Assembly (NCBI GenBank): GCA_028534125.1
Contig: CM052832.1
Span: 24,678,001 to 24,742,000 of the forward strand
Reading direction: 5' to 3'
Source of the DNA: Lama glama
Taxonomy: Eukaryota
DNA: 64,000 nucleotides
Position 1 is the first letter of the stretch. Each line of letters begins with the position of its first letter. The translations under genes and the position numbers were made by a program. The notes below the pieces were generated by a model. It had not been told where the DNA came from. It saw only the letters and a program-made list of their open reading frames with translations, and made no database searches. Shown piece after piece: positions 11,466 through 24,189 of this stretch.

Positions 11466-14299
11466 TTCTCTGCCATGGTCTCATCCCCCTCGGGCCAGCC
11501 TGTTGTCCACTGAAGCTGGACCAGAACTCACTGGCGCTAGTCCACTTCTCACTGGACCACCGGTGAAAAAATGACCATGGAGTCTTAAGGAGACGGATCA
11601 CTCATTGGGGTCATGTCTTCTCTGTCCCTTCAAGTAAGTGGCCAATTTTCTGCTGCAAGTTCCTTCACTGTCTGACTTCCCAAGTTACGGCTGTGTTGCT
11701 AGGCCTGTGGGTTCTTTTCGAAATCTTACTAGCTTAAAGACTAGGGTGGGACATGAGAGCCAGGAACGGGTCCTGTGGAAGAAAATGCTCAGGGGGTCAA
11801 GGAATGACATCACCTCTTCAGTGTGTCAAGCAAGGACAAAGGTCTTGCCAATCGACACGTCATCTCCTTTGAAAAGACGACCCAAATGCTGCCACGCAGC
11901 CCTGTGGCCCTTCATCCTTGTGTCCCAGGGTTGGGTGAGGACATTAATACATGTAGTGGATGGACAGCTAAGGTGGACTGTCAATCCAGTGCAACCACAG
12001 TAAGGCCACCTGGCTATCTCCACCTGTCCCTCTGCCTCTGGGAGTTGACCTCAAATTCATTTTATGTGACACCTGTGGAACTGCCCTTGCAGGAGAACTA
12101 CACTTCTGAGTGGGAGGTCGCTCTGCCTTTCTCCCCATTTCCTGCTGACTGCCTGATGATCCGGCGCAGGCCTGGCTCTCGGCAAAACTGCTGCAGTGAT
12201 AAATCTTGTCAACGGTCAAAACTCTCCCGTCCCAGCCAGACTGATGTCACAGGTTATGTTTTCTCTCCAGGCTCCAATGTTTTCTCTCCTGGCTCCACTC
12301 AGATCTGCTCTCTGGTTAGGCTCAAAGTCTGGTCACTAACCATTTAGTTTCCAATTTGCATTTAGGTATCATTCCACCTAGGGGCATACATTTTAGGATT
12401 CTCTCTGGTTGCACAAGGCCAAGTTTTTATCTCCCTACGAGAAATTTCAGGTGTCCACAAGCAAACTGAGAAAACGCTGAGGGGGGACTAGAGGTCTACT
12501 GAGATCCCACAGCATCTCTGAAGCAGGCAGTCAGATGAGGGGGGGGGGTCACAAGCCAGGGAGCTAAACCAGGACAGAAACTAACTAGAAAGGCAACACC
12601 AGTCAACTCAGGTTTCCAGGCAGGGAGCTGGCAAACTCCCACAAACGTGGAAATATGAAAGCATTTCAAGGGCACAGAGATCGAACTGCTGTGTGTGCAT
12701 GTAGACTGCAAGGTGTCCTGGGAAGCTGGGACATTAATAGTTTCAATCAGCCCAAATTATGAAGCCGAATGATGCATGATGTCATTTTATTCCCTGGGAA
12801 AGAGTAACTCATTCTGTTACATAAATCCTAACTGTTTTACCTTCTCAAGAGGTTTTCTGCTTCAGATAATACATATACCTTCATTTTTAAACATACAGTT
12901 TTTCTTAAAATAAGTTTCTCTCTACTAAGTGCATTGTGAACAAATACTCAGACTATTGAGGCCACCAAATCAGTCTGCCCAGAATCCCCACATCTCATCT
13001 TGATCTGGACTTAGGTACCAGCTACCGCTTAGAGTTCAGGAGACCCAAGCCTGCAATCAAAGCTGTTTATTTTTCTTCTGAGTGTCTGCCCTGCTCTGTA
13101 GCACCTGAAAGGACACGCTGAAGGACAGGAACAGAGTTGACCAATCCAGGGTGGTAAGTGTTAATCATTCTTTGCCTCGTCTAGTTCTGGCTCCAGCTGC
13201 CAACCCTCCAGCTTAAGAAGGTGATTTGGTTGCTTCTGGTCATCAGCTAAAGCAGGAGGCTTCCTTAATTGAAACAAGCCCTCAGCTGGCAGCACCAGGC
13301 ACTGCAGTTAGGACTTAGACCCGGACACAGGCAGACAGCCCAGTTCCTCTGGAGGGGATTTATTTATGGCTCCAGGAGCAGGACCGATGGAGTGGGGTGC
13401 TGGCTCAGCCTTCTCCTGTTTACTTCTGCAGCCCCTGCCTCCAGACCCAGCAGTTTCCTCACCTTCCTCTCCAGCTCTCAGCCAACCAGGCAAAACCACG
13501 GTCCCCAGCACACAGGCCTCCAGGGGACTCTGCCTTTCTGTGCAACTAGTTTACCCTTCATGGTTTGACCTTCCTCCTGCCCCCACACCCTGGCTCTTTC
13601 CACTCTGGTCTCCACCTGTTTCTCAGGCTTTGACCTCATTAAGGCAGAACCAGCAAAACTGCCCATCTCAGCGGTGCCTTTGTCCCCCACCCTCAACACC
13701 CGCACCCCAGTGCTTTCAGCTCCCCAAATACTAGGCTGGACTGCAGCTGTCCAATAAGTAGGTGCCACCAGGCATATGTCCCCAGGCGCATTCCCGGAAA
13801 GCCACTGAAATGCAGAAAGTAAACCCTGAACTTTTGCCCTGGAGTTTCCCCCGTGTTTCAGAGCTTTAAAAAAAAATTTCCATTGCAGGACCCGATACTA
13901 ACGCAGCAGCAGTTCTCCGCACTAAGAGGCACTCCGCGAATTCTCCTTCTCCCTTCGTACTCTGACTCTACCGTGTCCTTTCCCCTCTACACTCACTCAT
14001 CTAAACAACTCCCTCCATTCTTTCCAAATCAGTTGGCCACTTCATCTTCACTCCTCTGGCATCTAGTTCTATTGCACGCTTCCCCTTGCCCACCCAACCG
14101 GAGCAGGCCCCCATAAAGACACCTCCTGCGCTGGCAGGGAACCAGCTGGCTTTCCCTTGTCTCTGGTGGTGGGGAGGGCAAAGGGGGTCAGCGCCCCATC
14201 TACCTTCAGACACACAGAAAAGTTGGCAAGGTCGGCACATCCCAGCGCCTTGCACCCATCTCCCCCGTGCCACCCAGGAAAAAAAAAAATCCCACCCCA

Positions 14300-14850
14300 A
14301 CGCGGCTTTCGAAGGGCCCCACCTCGGCTCGGCTCTTGAGGCTGCTTCGTTTGGGTCGGAGCAGGACATCCTTGAAGTCCAGCTTGAGGTCCGCATCTAT
14401 ACGGGGCATGGTGCCGGGCGGCGCGCTCTGGCCCTCGCAGCGGGAGCCGGCAGCTCCTTCCTGCAGCGCCGGCGCCGGGAGGGGGCGGGGGCGGCCCGGC
14501 GTGCGGAGGGGCGGGGCCCGCGGAGCGCGGGGGGCGGGGCGGGGCGGGGCGGCGCGAACGCTGTGCCGCGGCGGGTGCTTACGGGCGGCCGGGCGCGCAC
14601 GCTGCGCCCTTAAGGCCTCCTGGCGCCCCAGGCCGCGCCCGGCCCGCCCCCACGCCCCGTGGGCCCCGCCCCCGCCCCGGCTCTAGGGGCCCCAGGTGGG
14701 GAGGGGAGGGGGGAATGGGCGAGTAGGGGCCAGACCAGACACCCGATAAGAAGTCCGCTTGTGTGACATTTTAAGATGCAGCCCGCCCGTTTACAGCCTT
14801 TCTCGTGCGGCGACCGAAGTGGCGGGGGTTGGGGACGAGGTGGGGAATGC
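14300..14850 (-). promoter_or_regulatory. GMPR: CpG island / GMPR core promoter and 5' UTR
   Basis: Very high GC and CpG density around and upstream of the ATG. Tandem GGGGCGGGG (Sp/KLF) boxes at 14483-14552 and CCCGCCCC at 14643-14677. No canonical TATA, only TTAA at 14610. Confidence 0.9.
14323..14409 (-). CDS. GMPR: GMP reductase 1, coding exon 1 (87 nt, MPRIDADLKLDFKDVLLRPKRSSLKSRAE)
   Basis: ATG at 14409-14407 in good Kozak context (GGCACCATGC). The translation matches the GMPR N-terminus and not GMPR2 (MPHIDNDVK...). Donor GAG|GTGGGG at 14322-14321. Confidence 0.98.
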
Positions 14851-14980
14851 ACACTGTCTAGCCTGACACCGAGGTCCCCCATAGGGAGGAGACTTGGTAT
14901 ATGACTGCCTTACCCGAAGATGAAGTCCACTCGGTTTTCCTTCTCCTTTCTCCAATTTCAAGCCTCAAGTGCTCACCCAG

Positions 14981-15003
14981 TGCTGAGTCACACGTCTCAC
15001 GTG
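14981..15003. promoter_or_regulatory. NF-E2/NRF2/BACH-MAF element (TGCTGAGTCAC) plus E-box (TCACGTG)
   Basis: Exact consensus TGCTGAGTCAC at 14981-14991 and CACGTG at 14998-15003, about 570-590 bp upstream of the GMPR ATG. Occupancy is unknown. Confidence 0.55.
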
Positions 15004-15284
15004 CCAAAAATTAAACCCTTGGTAAAATGGATAGCATTAAGGACAAGAGTGTGCGCAGGTGAACTTATTTAGCAGCAGTGGACTTGTTGAGGCAATTTTT
15101 GGATCCCCTCTGGATTTCGGGGTTTGGTGGGTTAGTTTGTTCATTTGGGTAAAAGCAGTGAAGTCGATAGTCAGCGCAGATCCTGGAATTCCAGGGACCT
15201 GAGTCCCTCTGAGAGTTATCGGTGAGGCCAGTTTATTTTTAATTCACTTGTTGACCACACGGAGCCCTAATTACACATTAGGAA

Positions 15285-15680
15285 TGTGCTTAAGTGCCTG
15301 CACCTTCTCATTCATTCTCACAACAACCCAATGAAGAAGGAGCCAGTTTGCAGATAAGGAAAACGAGGACCATAGAAATGAAATAACTTGCCCAAGGTCT
15401 CAGTAAAGTTAAATATAAATCTCTCAGTCCTTAAAACGTACTACAACCTTAACTAAAGCTGCTTTTGTCCTGGGACCTCTCTCTGCCTGGGTTCAAAACC
15501 TGACCCCACCACTTTCTAGCGGGGTGACCTCTGGGGAGTCAATTTCTCTAAACCTCAGTTTTCTCATAAGTTAAAAGAGAGAGGAAGAAAAAGGTTTAAT
15601 GCTATCCTCTCCCAGGCTCTTGTGATAAATAAATGCGTGTCTGTGTTCCATACTTACTCAGTAAATGGTAGCTATTTATT
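15285..15680. mobile_element. Two MIR fragments in opposite orientation
   Basis: ctcattcattctcacaacaacccaatga...tttgcagataaggaaaacgagg...aataacttgcccaaggtc, followed by ctgggttcaaaacctgacccc...aaacctcagttttctcat. Confidence 0.7.
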
Positions 15681-16329
15681 TGGGGTCATGTTACACTATG
15701 TGTTTTATATCCTCAGACTAGACTGCAAACTGCGCGAAGACAGGGATCATCTTTTTCAGGTGTCTACAGGCTTGAACTGTTGTCAAGAACTCATATTTGG
15801 TACAGCTGACCATAAAGATGCATCACATTAATCATTTAACACAAATGTCAGCACCTGATGAAGGACTTCGCCCATCCCACTTGCTCTCTCATTCTCTTTG
15901 CCCTACAGGAAGTTCTTGAAATTTCACAGGAAGAAAAGAAAGTTATCTGGGAGAGGATGAAAGTCACCACAATTAGTTGGGCAAACGACATGTTTATGAC
16001 CCTTATCAAGTCGTTGTGTGAGTCAGGCAGATGGGCTGTTTATTACCAAAGTAGTGAAAGGGAACTTAACTCTGATCTTGAGTTTCTAATTAAAAACAAA
16101 ATAAAAGTAAAATATAATTACTATATGGTTATTTAAAACTTACTCTCCCAAGAGGGAAAAGAAACTAACCATGTTAAGCATCTGCCTGGGGTTTAAGTAT
16201 AGGGCTTAAGTGTGTGGGCTTAGAGTCATTGTTACCTACAGCGTCTTAAAGAAAAAGTCTCCTTGGATTGACCTTGCTGGGTTACTCCAGGTTTCTTCCA
16301 CTCTCCCTCTCTGTTAGAATAGAAACAGA

Positions 16330-16460
16330 AGTTCACTTTGCACAGTCCATTTCCCTTCCTTCTGGAACATGTTCCAGCATACCAGCCCTCTTCCCAGGCG
16401 CAAAGTCATGTTCCAGGGATCTCAGCTAAGAACTCAAGAACTCAGAAGGGTAGAGGGGAA
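16330..16460 (+). mobile_element. Probable ERV LTR 3' fragment
   Basis: Ends tcagctaagaactc...agaagggtagaggggaaattattttttctcccctac, resembling laurasiatherian ERV1 LTR termini (recall only). Confidence 0.4.
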
Positions 16461-16849
16461 ATTATTTTTTCTCCCCTACGATTTGTTATTTTAAGTTACA
16501 ATCTTACCAAGTCTGTATGCAAAGTTGCAACAGTCACAAGAACAGAAGGTTCAACATATTTATTTTTTTTAATTTAGTAGTTTTATGAGTTATTTAAATA
16601 CATGGGAAGATTTTATTTGTTAAGTCAATTGAAGCACTAAAAGGAAAAAGAGTATTTTAAATTTAAATATGCAGTGTAACACGTTTAAGAGAAATTTAAT
16701 AACATTTATAAATAGGACTAAACATTTTCAAAGGCTTCATGGGAAAATTTGCTAAACTTAGAATAATATAACGAGGAACCTAAATTTGAAAGCTTAAAGA
16801 ATTTAAGGTTTGAAAAGTGTAAATTTTGGGGGGGAGTGGATTTTAGCAC

Positions 16850-17405
16850 TTATATTTGTTATAAACAAATTACCAAAAAAATAGCTTTACAAACATAATT
16901 TCTATAGGTCAGACATTTGGGCATGGCTTACTTGGGTTCTTTTGCTTCAAGGTTTTATCAGGATGCAACCCAGGTGTTGCCAGAAGGATGATCTCATCAG
17001 AACCTCAACTGGGGAAAGACCTGCCTCCAAGCTTCCTCAGATGGTTGTGAGAATACATTTCCTGCAGCTGCAGAAGTGAGGGTTTCAGATTCCAGCTGGA
17101 GGCCTCTCCTAGCACCTAAAGGCTGCTTACAGATCCTGCTATCCAGGCTTCTCCAGCATGGCCACGTGCTTCCTGAAAGCATGCATCTTCAGGGCTGGCA
17201 ATAGAGGGAATCTGAGCTTGCTAGCCAGATGGAGTCCTGTTTAACAGAATGTCATCCCTGGAGTTAATAGTTCATCACTGTGCTGTATTCTGTTGGATAG
17301 AAGCAAGTCAGAGGTCCCACCCACACTCAGCAGGAGGGGATTATAAAAGGGCCTGAACTCCAGGAGGTGGGGAGGATAGGGACACCCCTAGGCCTGTCTG
17401 TCACA
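16850..17405 (-). mobile_element. MaLR LTR (MLT1D/E/F-like)
   Basis: ctcaactggggaaagacctgcctccaagct...aatacatttcctgcagctg...agaagcaagtcagaggtcccacccacactca...ggaggggattata, ending tgtcaca. Confidence 0.75.
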
Positions 17406-17419
17406 CCGATTTTTCTACT

Positions 17420-18000
17420 AATTTTTTTTTTTCCTGTTCCAGGATTCAAACCAGGATATTGCATTTTGATATGCAGTCATCACCAAGAGCTTCCTTAGTC
17501 TCTTTCAGTTCCTTGTCTTTCATGACCTTGAGACTTTTGAAGACAGCTGGTCATGTATCTTGTCCCTTAGTTTGGGTTTACGTGATGTTTTCTTAATATA
17601 AGACTTGACTTATGGGGGGGGTGTGTATGGGATACCACACAGGTGAAGCAGTCTTCTCATTGCCTTGTATCAGGGGGTTCGTAACATTAACATGACTTAT
17701 TACTGGAGATGTGAGCCTTGATGACTTGGTTAAGGTGGTGTCTGCCAGGTTTCTCCACTGCAGAGTGACCGTTTTCCTGTCTCCGTGCTCCGTTCACTAG
17801 AATCGAGTCTCTCGGTCCAGCCCTCATTCGAGGAGAGGGGATTTAGCTCCCCCTTGGAGGAAGGAGTATCAAAGAATTTGTGGATGTATGTTAATGTTGC
17901 CCAGTAATTAGCAAATAAATTTGGAGAACCATTTGGAGGCTATACAATTATCCTCTTTCTCATTAAAGTTTCTTCTAATTTTGGCATTCATGACTGAGAA
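17420..18000 (-). mobile_element. L1MC-type 3' UTR fragment
   Basis: ttcctgttccaggattcaaaccagga...ttcatgaccttga...ttggttaaggtggtgtctgccaggtttctccactg. Confidence 0.75.
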
Positions 18001-20951
18001 TTTTTTTATCATTTGCTTTCTCCATCCTTTACTAATATGAAAGTTACGTTCTTTGTTTCTGTTCTTTTATTCAGTCCCTAGAAATCATAACATGTGTGTT
18101 TAGCTTATTAAGTTCTTAAATGATCAAAAGCCTTATGCCTGTCCCCAGATAATACACGGAGTCCATTCATCCTGTTCCTGACTTACATGCTACTTTTGTG
18201 TGGTGTTTTGAGTCTCTTTGTCATTTATTTATTTTCACCCCAGCAGGTCAGTAAGTAATATCATTGCCGCTGTGTTGTTGGTGCTTTTAAGTCACCATCT
18301 AGTTACTTTTACCCACATATTACTACTTTATCCTTCTCGAATCTCAGGCCTACCATGTGGGTAACTCTCTTACTCTGAAGATCATTCTTTAGAATTTTTT
18401 TTTACTGAGCGTTTGCTAGTGATAAACTCTCTTTGTCAAGAGAACGTCGTGTGATGCAGTGGATGGAAATACGAGGAATTTCCCATGACTCCTATTTACG
18501 ACACTTGTCTATCCAGGTACACCCACCGCGCAATTTGGGAGAAAGAATTCTGTAGGTAAAGGGCTCTATTATATAACTGAATAAGTATTTCTTGACTTGA
18601 GTCACTGAGCCGTTTCCATAAATGGGACAGATGCTTAACCTGTCCTCCAAGATTTCATCCAGGGACCAGGGCAGAACCTGGCGACTGAGAGCCAGAGCTA
18701 CTTACAGGGCTTGCAGGTCTGCTTTCTCACCCAAACCTGAATTGTCTGGTTTCACTAGCACAGTGGTTTTGTTTGTCTTTTGTTTTGCTTTTCTTTTTTT
18801 CTTTCTTTCTTTTTGTAATGGAAAGTGCAGGCTGTTAGCAGATGATATATATTTTTTCCAGTTCAGGGCAGACCCCGCCAGGTTCTGCTGTACCACCCCC
18901 CGCCTGATTTACATGTTTGTTTTGCTTGCCTGACCTCCGCAGACATTTATTTGCAACTCCCAAATGACTTCATACCTGTTAATTATTGCTGTTTGATAAA
19001 CATACACCCTGCCTTTTATTATTATTACTCAGCTGGTTAATGTTAGTCCCTGCTCCACCAACGTGAGCGTTTCACCGAGGTTTGTGTGATACAGAAGCCA
19101 ACCTAGTGAATCATGGCCTTTTTGCAAGACATTTGGGTTGAAATTCTTATTTAAGTGTTACAGACCTTAGGATCTTCTCATGTGAGATATGCTCTTCTTT
19201 TTCTCCAGACCTCACTGACCCACTGTCAGGTTGGGCAGAAATCAAAGTGTCCTGTTTTTTCCCCTGGTAGACCTCTGTCCTCATTAACCAGGCATTTATG
19301 ACAATGATGACAATCTCACTCCGTATCTATTGGATTCATTGATTCATAGAACACCATTCTCCAGTGCTTCCAAGAAACTTTAAACAAAAAGCAATCGAGT
19401 TTGAGTTCTAGAATGAGTCTCTGGGATTTGTAACAGAACCCAGAGCACGGGAGAGCTATTTCAGGCAGAAAATTTCTTGCAGAGAGCAAATGGAATGACA
19501 AAAGTTCTGAGTGTGGGACACATGTTTGGTAAACTGAAGTATTTTAGAATCTTTTCAAATACAAGGTGCTGTTAAGTCTCTTGGTGATAACCTTTGGCTG
19601 AGCTGCAGGGAGACTGGATAATCCCATTAGCTCCGTCTTCTTCCATGCGGTGTCCTGGGCTATACCCCGACTCTCCTCGTTTCTCAAGCATCGTTTAGTG
19701 TTCCGGATAGCTTTAACAAAAGGAGAAAATCACCTGTCTGCTTTCTAATGTCTGCGATCCACTGGCTGCCAGGACTGCTGCATTCTTGCCTTTAGTGACT
19801 AGGTGGCCTGGAACAGCAGTAGTAAGAAGAGTTAAGCTTTTCATTCTGCTATTGAGAAGCCAATAACTAATTTGCTTTTTACTCCTTTAAGGTGATGAAA
19901 ACTTGGAGGGGAAAAAGAGAGAGAGAGAGCAAGCAAGAGGGAGCATTTCAACACTCTTCTCATCTCCCGCCACCATGCTTTTGATTGATTATATTTAAAG
20001 GCAAGGGAGTCCTCCTCTGAGAGCAGAGCATAGTAAGAAATGAAGCACTGAGCTATTCTGGGCTCCTCAAACAGCAGATTATTTTTTCTTCCAATACCAG
20101 AGGCGGCAAACTCAAGTCAAATCTGGTCTCCTGGCTCTTCCCCATAACCTTTCAGGTGTCTAAATAAGTAGCTTCTCAAGACCTTCCAAACCAAGAGCTG
20201 AGTTTCTTCCCCTTGTTCTTCTTGTCCTCACGGGGCTGCAGTTGTTCAATACGGTTGCAAGAAAAACAGCCCCAAACTCAGACCAAAAACAAAAGCTAAA
20301 TACTCACATAGCCTCTGGCTTCTGCAGACGTCTAACCACAATGTTCCCTCCTCCTGTATTAATGAATTAATGAAGTTCACGGGCAGGTTGTACAGAACAA
20401 GGTGACTTCTGCTTTTCTTTCTTTCCACTTGGCTCTTGACCTTCAGCCCATTTCCCTCACGAGCTGCCTTTATTTTCCTTTCCATTGATTCATAAAATCC
20501 CCCCCCCACCTATTCCTCCTCAAGAACTAAAAATACCCCATTTGTTAAGAATCAGTAAGATCTCCAAGAAACTGACATCTCTCTTCTCCTGGACACGTTG
20601 GATTATTGTGTCGTGTTTTGTGTGTTCATGTAGCTAACATTGGGCATAAAGTAGTTAGGCACGGGACAGCTCTGAGCAGTGCTAACTCACGTTTTTCATT
20701 CTTCATCAAAACTGAATTCAATTTACACCAGCATCACCAACACATGTGTGGAGCAGGGGCAGGCAGGAAATATGCATGAGTTAACTGGTCCTGGTGTAAG
20801 CCATCATTTCTTGGCCACTTCTCTTAAGCTTGGAGGAGAATAGAAATAAGGTTGAGGGGATTCTAGGGTCACTGTCAGTGTTTTTGGATAACTCATGCCT
20901 TTGACGAAAGTAGAAACAGGAAGAACAACAACAAAAATATTTTACCTACAG

Positions 20952-21168
20952 ATCAAGTTTTCGACTGGGAACAATTTTGCTTCCCCTGGGGATATCTGGC
21001 AATGTCTCGAGACATTTGTGGTTGTCGCCACGGAAAGTGGGAAGCAAGTGGCATCTGGCAGAGAGAGGCCAAGGATGCTGCTTAACACCCTGCAGTGTGT
21101 AGGACAGCCCCCACCACAAAGAATTACCCAACGTTAAATTTCAGTAGTGCTGGGGTTTACACACCTTG
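20952..21168 (+). mobile_element. MER20 (hAT-Charlie MITE)
   Basis: aattttgcttcccctggggatatctggcaatgtctcgagacattt...ggcatct...agaggccaaggatgctgcttaacaccctgca...acagcccccaccacaaagaatta. Imperfect 8-bp flanks acctacag / tcctacac. Confidence 0.85.
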
Positions 21169-21799
21169 TCCTACACAGGTAAGAATTGGCACTTTCAATT
21201 TTTTTTCAAGTGTACCTCCAAGATTTTGTAAAGCTGCTTATTCTCTTGCATATTTTTAAATGAAATCTAAAATTTTAAATTATAAGTGTAGTTGCAAAAG
21301 ATGTAATTCTTAGCTTATTCCAACTGAAAATGTTACATCATTTGTAAACATAGTACATGAAGACTAACACCAGAATTACTTAGTGTCCATCAACCTTCAC
21401 TTGAAAAACACATGAAAAAACTCTACTTTTGGGGCTGAAATTCCATCTTGTTCCTTTTTGTCCTTGAATTCCAATTTCCATTCTGTGTCCCCCTCAGGAA
21501 TTTATTCTGGTGTAATCCATTTCAAATTTTATGAAATGGATTGCACTGGGAGAAACGGCTTTTCCTGATCATCCCCTCATACTCCTCTGCCAGAAAATCA
21601 TAGGAATCAAAATGTCTATTTTAATATTTCCTGTGATCATGATGATCTAATCACTCACATTTTCTTTTGGGTTGCATTATAACTTTTATATGACACAATT
21701 ATCCAAACAACTTAAATAAATCACATATATGAATAATTATAAAGCATCAAAGGCAAAATATCATTAAGATGTACCTTTTATGAACACAGTCAATCTGGA

Positions 21800-22110
21800 T
21801 GGGCTGGATCGTATTCAGGTACTCAACACAGCACAAGTGTACTTCTTGCTATTACGACTGTTCCATTCAGCAAGAGGTACTGCTCCTGGTGGTGACTCGG
21901 GGACTCAGCCTTCTGGAGGCTTCATCTCAACATATGTTTCTATAATCACTGAAGCAGGAAAAAGGAAACAAGGCAAACAGTGTAAAAGCTCTGCAGCCTC
22001 TTCCTGGAAGTGATCCTTGTCCCTTCCCTTCGCACTTCATTAGCAAAGCAAGTCACATGGTCTCATAACTTCAAAGGGAGCTGGGGAAATGTGAATCTTT
22101 CACATAGCCA
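21800..22110 (-). mobile_element. Old MaLR LTR fragment (MLT1J/K-like)
   Basis: ttcctggaagtga...cacttcattagcaaagcaagtcacatgg...aacttcaaagggagctggggaaatgt. Confidence 0.55.
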
Positions 22111-23146
22111 AAAGAAAGAGCTAGAATTCCTGTGAAGCCCTACGTAGGTAACCAGGACTTCCCTCCCACTCCCCTATTAATTCGTGTACCCGTTCATGAC
22201 TACAATTTTTTGCTAGAACGAGACAGAATTCAGCATCAATGCCATTCCTATTACTGTGCTTGTCTTTATAGACAGAAGTTATGAGAAACTTTGGTCACAT
22301 AAGTAGACGGGAATGAAGGAGTTTTGTCTTAGCAGTGACACTCAGTTCTCTGATGTCCTCTGAGTTATCCGCTAAAATTCCGACAGTGATCTAACACAAA
22401 CGTTAACTTACAATGATCTTCCAACGGACACCTTGATTGTGTCCCTCTTTATTTTTCTTGAAAGCAAAACTTAGAAAGCAAAGGATCTGTTGCCTATGGT
22501 AAGAGTCATCCCCACTCCCAAAACCCAAGTGAATATTTCAAAGAGCACCCCAGGGTTTTATAGGCCAGGGCAATGCCACATGTAAAGACCAGGTTGAGCA
22601 GAAGGATTTCCATTCTTTTGAGAAGTAGGGAACCTCACTTGTGCAACTATGAAAGGGCAGGGTTGAAAAGAGAACCCACTCCCCCAGCACTGGTGGATGG
22701 AAGTTGAACATAAGGATGGAAATTGATTCCATCTTAAAACCACCCAAGCCTACGTCTGCCTTAGAATGCCTTTGTGTGACCCTGGGATCCAAGTACCCCA
22801 GTGCTAAGTGTGCTGCGTTAAAATTCACTGCCCAAACCCGTGAGAGTGTAAATTTCCTCCCACTGTTTCAGGTACTATCGTATTGCATATTTGAAGTTCT
22901 TATTTTTTCTTTATTCATTCAACACATCTTGATCCAAAGGACTAGTAATTCAGTGGTATGTGGTTTAGGGGACCTAGATTCTTATGTGGCTTTTTTCTAA
23001 CATGCTTTCTAACAAACCATGTAACCCTGAGAAGAACACTTCACCTTTTGGGGACTTAAATTTTTCAGCTCTAATTAAGGGCTAGATTAGGTATTTTCTA
23101 AGGTCCTTTCTTGTTTTAACATTTAATCCTTTATTCTTCTACCCTT

Positions 23147-23511
23147 TGTCTTAGTCAGTTCAGACTGTCGCAACAAAATCAGTTGGGTGGCTTGAACAGA
23201 TATTCATTTCTCACAGTTCTGTTGGCTGGGAAATTGAAGACCAAGGTGCTAGGAGATTCGGGTCCTGGTAAATGCTCTCTTCCTGGCTTGCAGACAGCCA
23301 GCTTCTCATTGTATCCTCCCATGGCAGAAAGTCAGCAAGCTCTGGTCTCTTCCTTTTCTTGTAAGGGTGCTAATACCATCACCAGGGTCCCACCTTATCT
23401 AAATCTAATCACCTCCCACAGGCCTCACCTCCAAATACCATTATATTGGAGGTTAGGGCTTCCACACATGAATTTGGGAGAGGGGGGAACATAAACATTC
23501 AGTCCATTACA
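23147..23511 (-). mobile_element. MaLR solo LTR (MLT1A-like)
   Basis: TG...CA ends. atttctcacagttct...aagaccaaggtgc...ctctcttcctggcttgcagacag...ctaatcacctccca...ctccaaatacca...aaacattcagtccattaca. Confidence 0.88.
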
Positions 23512-24189
23512 TTCCTTAACCATTTTTCATAACTGAAACAGGAAATCCTCCAGAAACTCACATCTATTTCAAAATTCAGTAATTTCACTCCTCTCCACTC
23601 CATCACCGGGCACCTGGTGAGGAATGCCTTAACAAGGACGGCAGAGCTGCTTACAATAAGCAGAGTCTGAAAGTCTTAAGTGTTCGAGAAGGACGTCCAT
23701 AATTCACAGACCAGATACTTAGCCTCTTAAGAATCAAAACTTGTATGTTTTATTTTAAATCCCTCAGCACCAAAGCAGTGAGTTTTGCACCACACACTGC
23801 TGCTTTTGGGGTGTTGCTGTCACTTCTTTGAGTGCCCATCTTCTACTTTTTTGATGGATTCTATGTTGACATGCTGTTGATATTAACCAGTACCTCATGT
23901 TCATAGTCATTGTAATAAAAGTTCAGCCAACATGAGTAATACTTAATACATTTTTAAGAGAAAAAAAATCTTCCACAATTCTTCCATAGAAAATACAATT
24001 ATTTTTAATTTTTACGTTTTGTCATTTGTATCTTACCTAGCTGCAGAAATTTCATGTTGGTCCATTTCTACACGAATTACTGTTTATCGTGTGTATGCTC
24101 TGTTAGCTGATACGCCTTGTGTATTGTACCTGTAATCTAATTTTCCCTTGTGCAGACCTTTGAACCAGGCAGTAACCTCTCTTGGAGAG

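Noticed and set aside
14086..14686. Long + strand ORFs (175 aa, 139 aa) antisense to GMPR exon 1
   Set aside because: They are Arg/Gly/Ala/Pro-rich products of a stop-poor CpG island, one mirroring the GMPR frame, with no recognisable homology.
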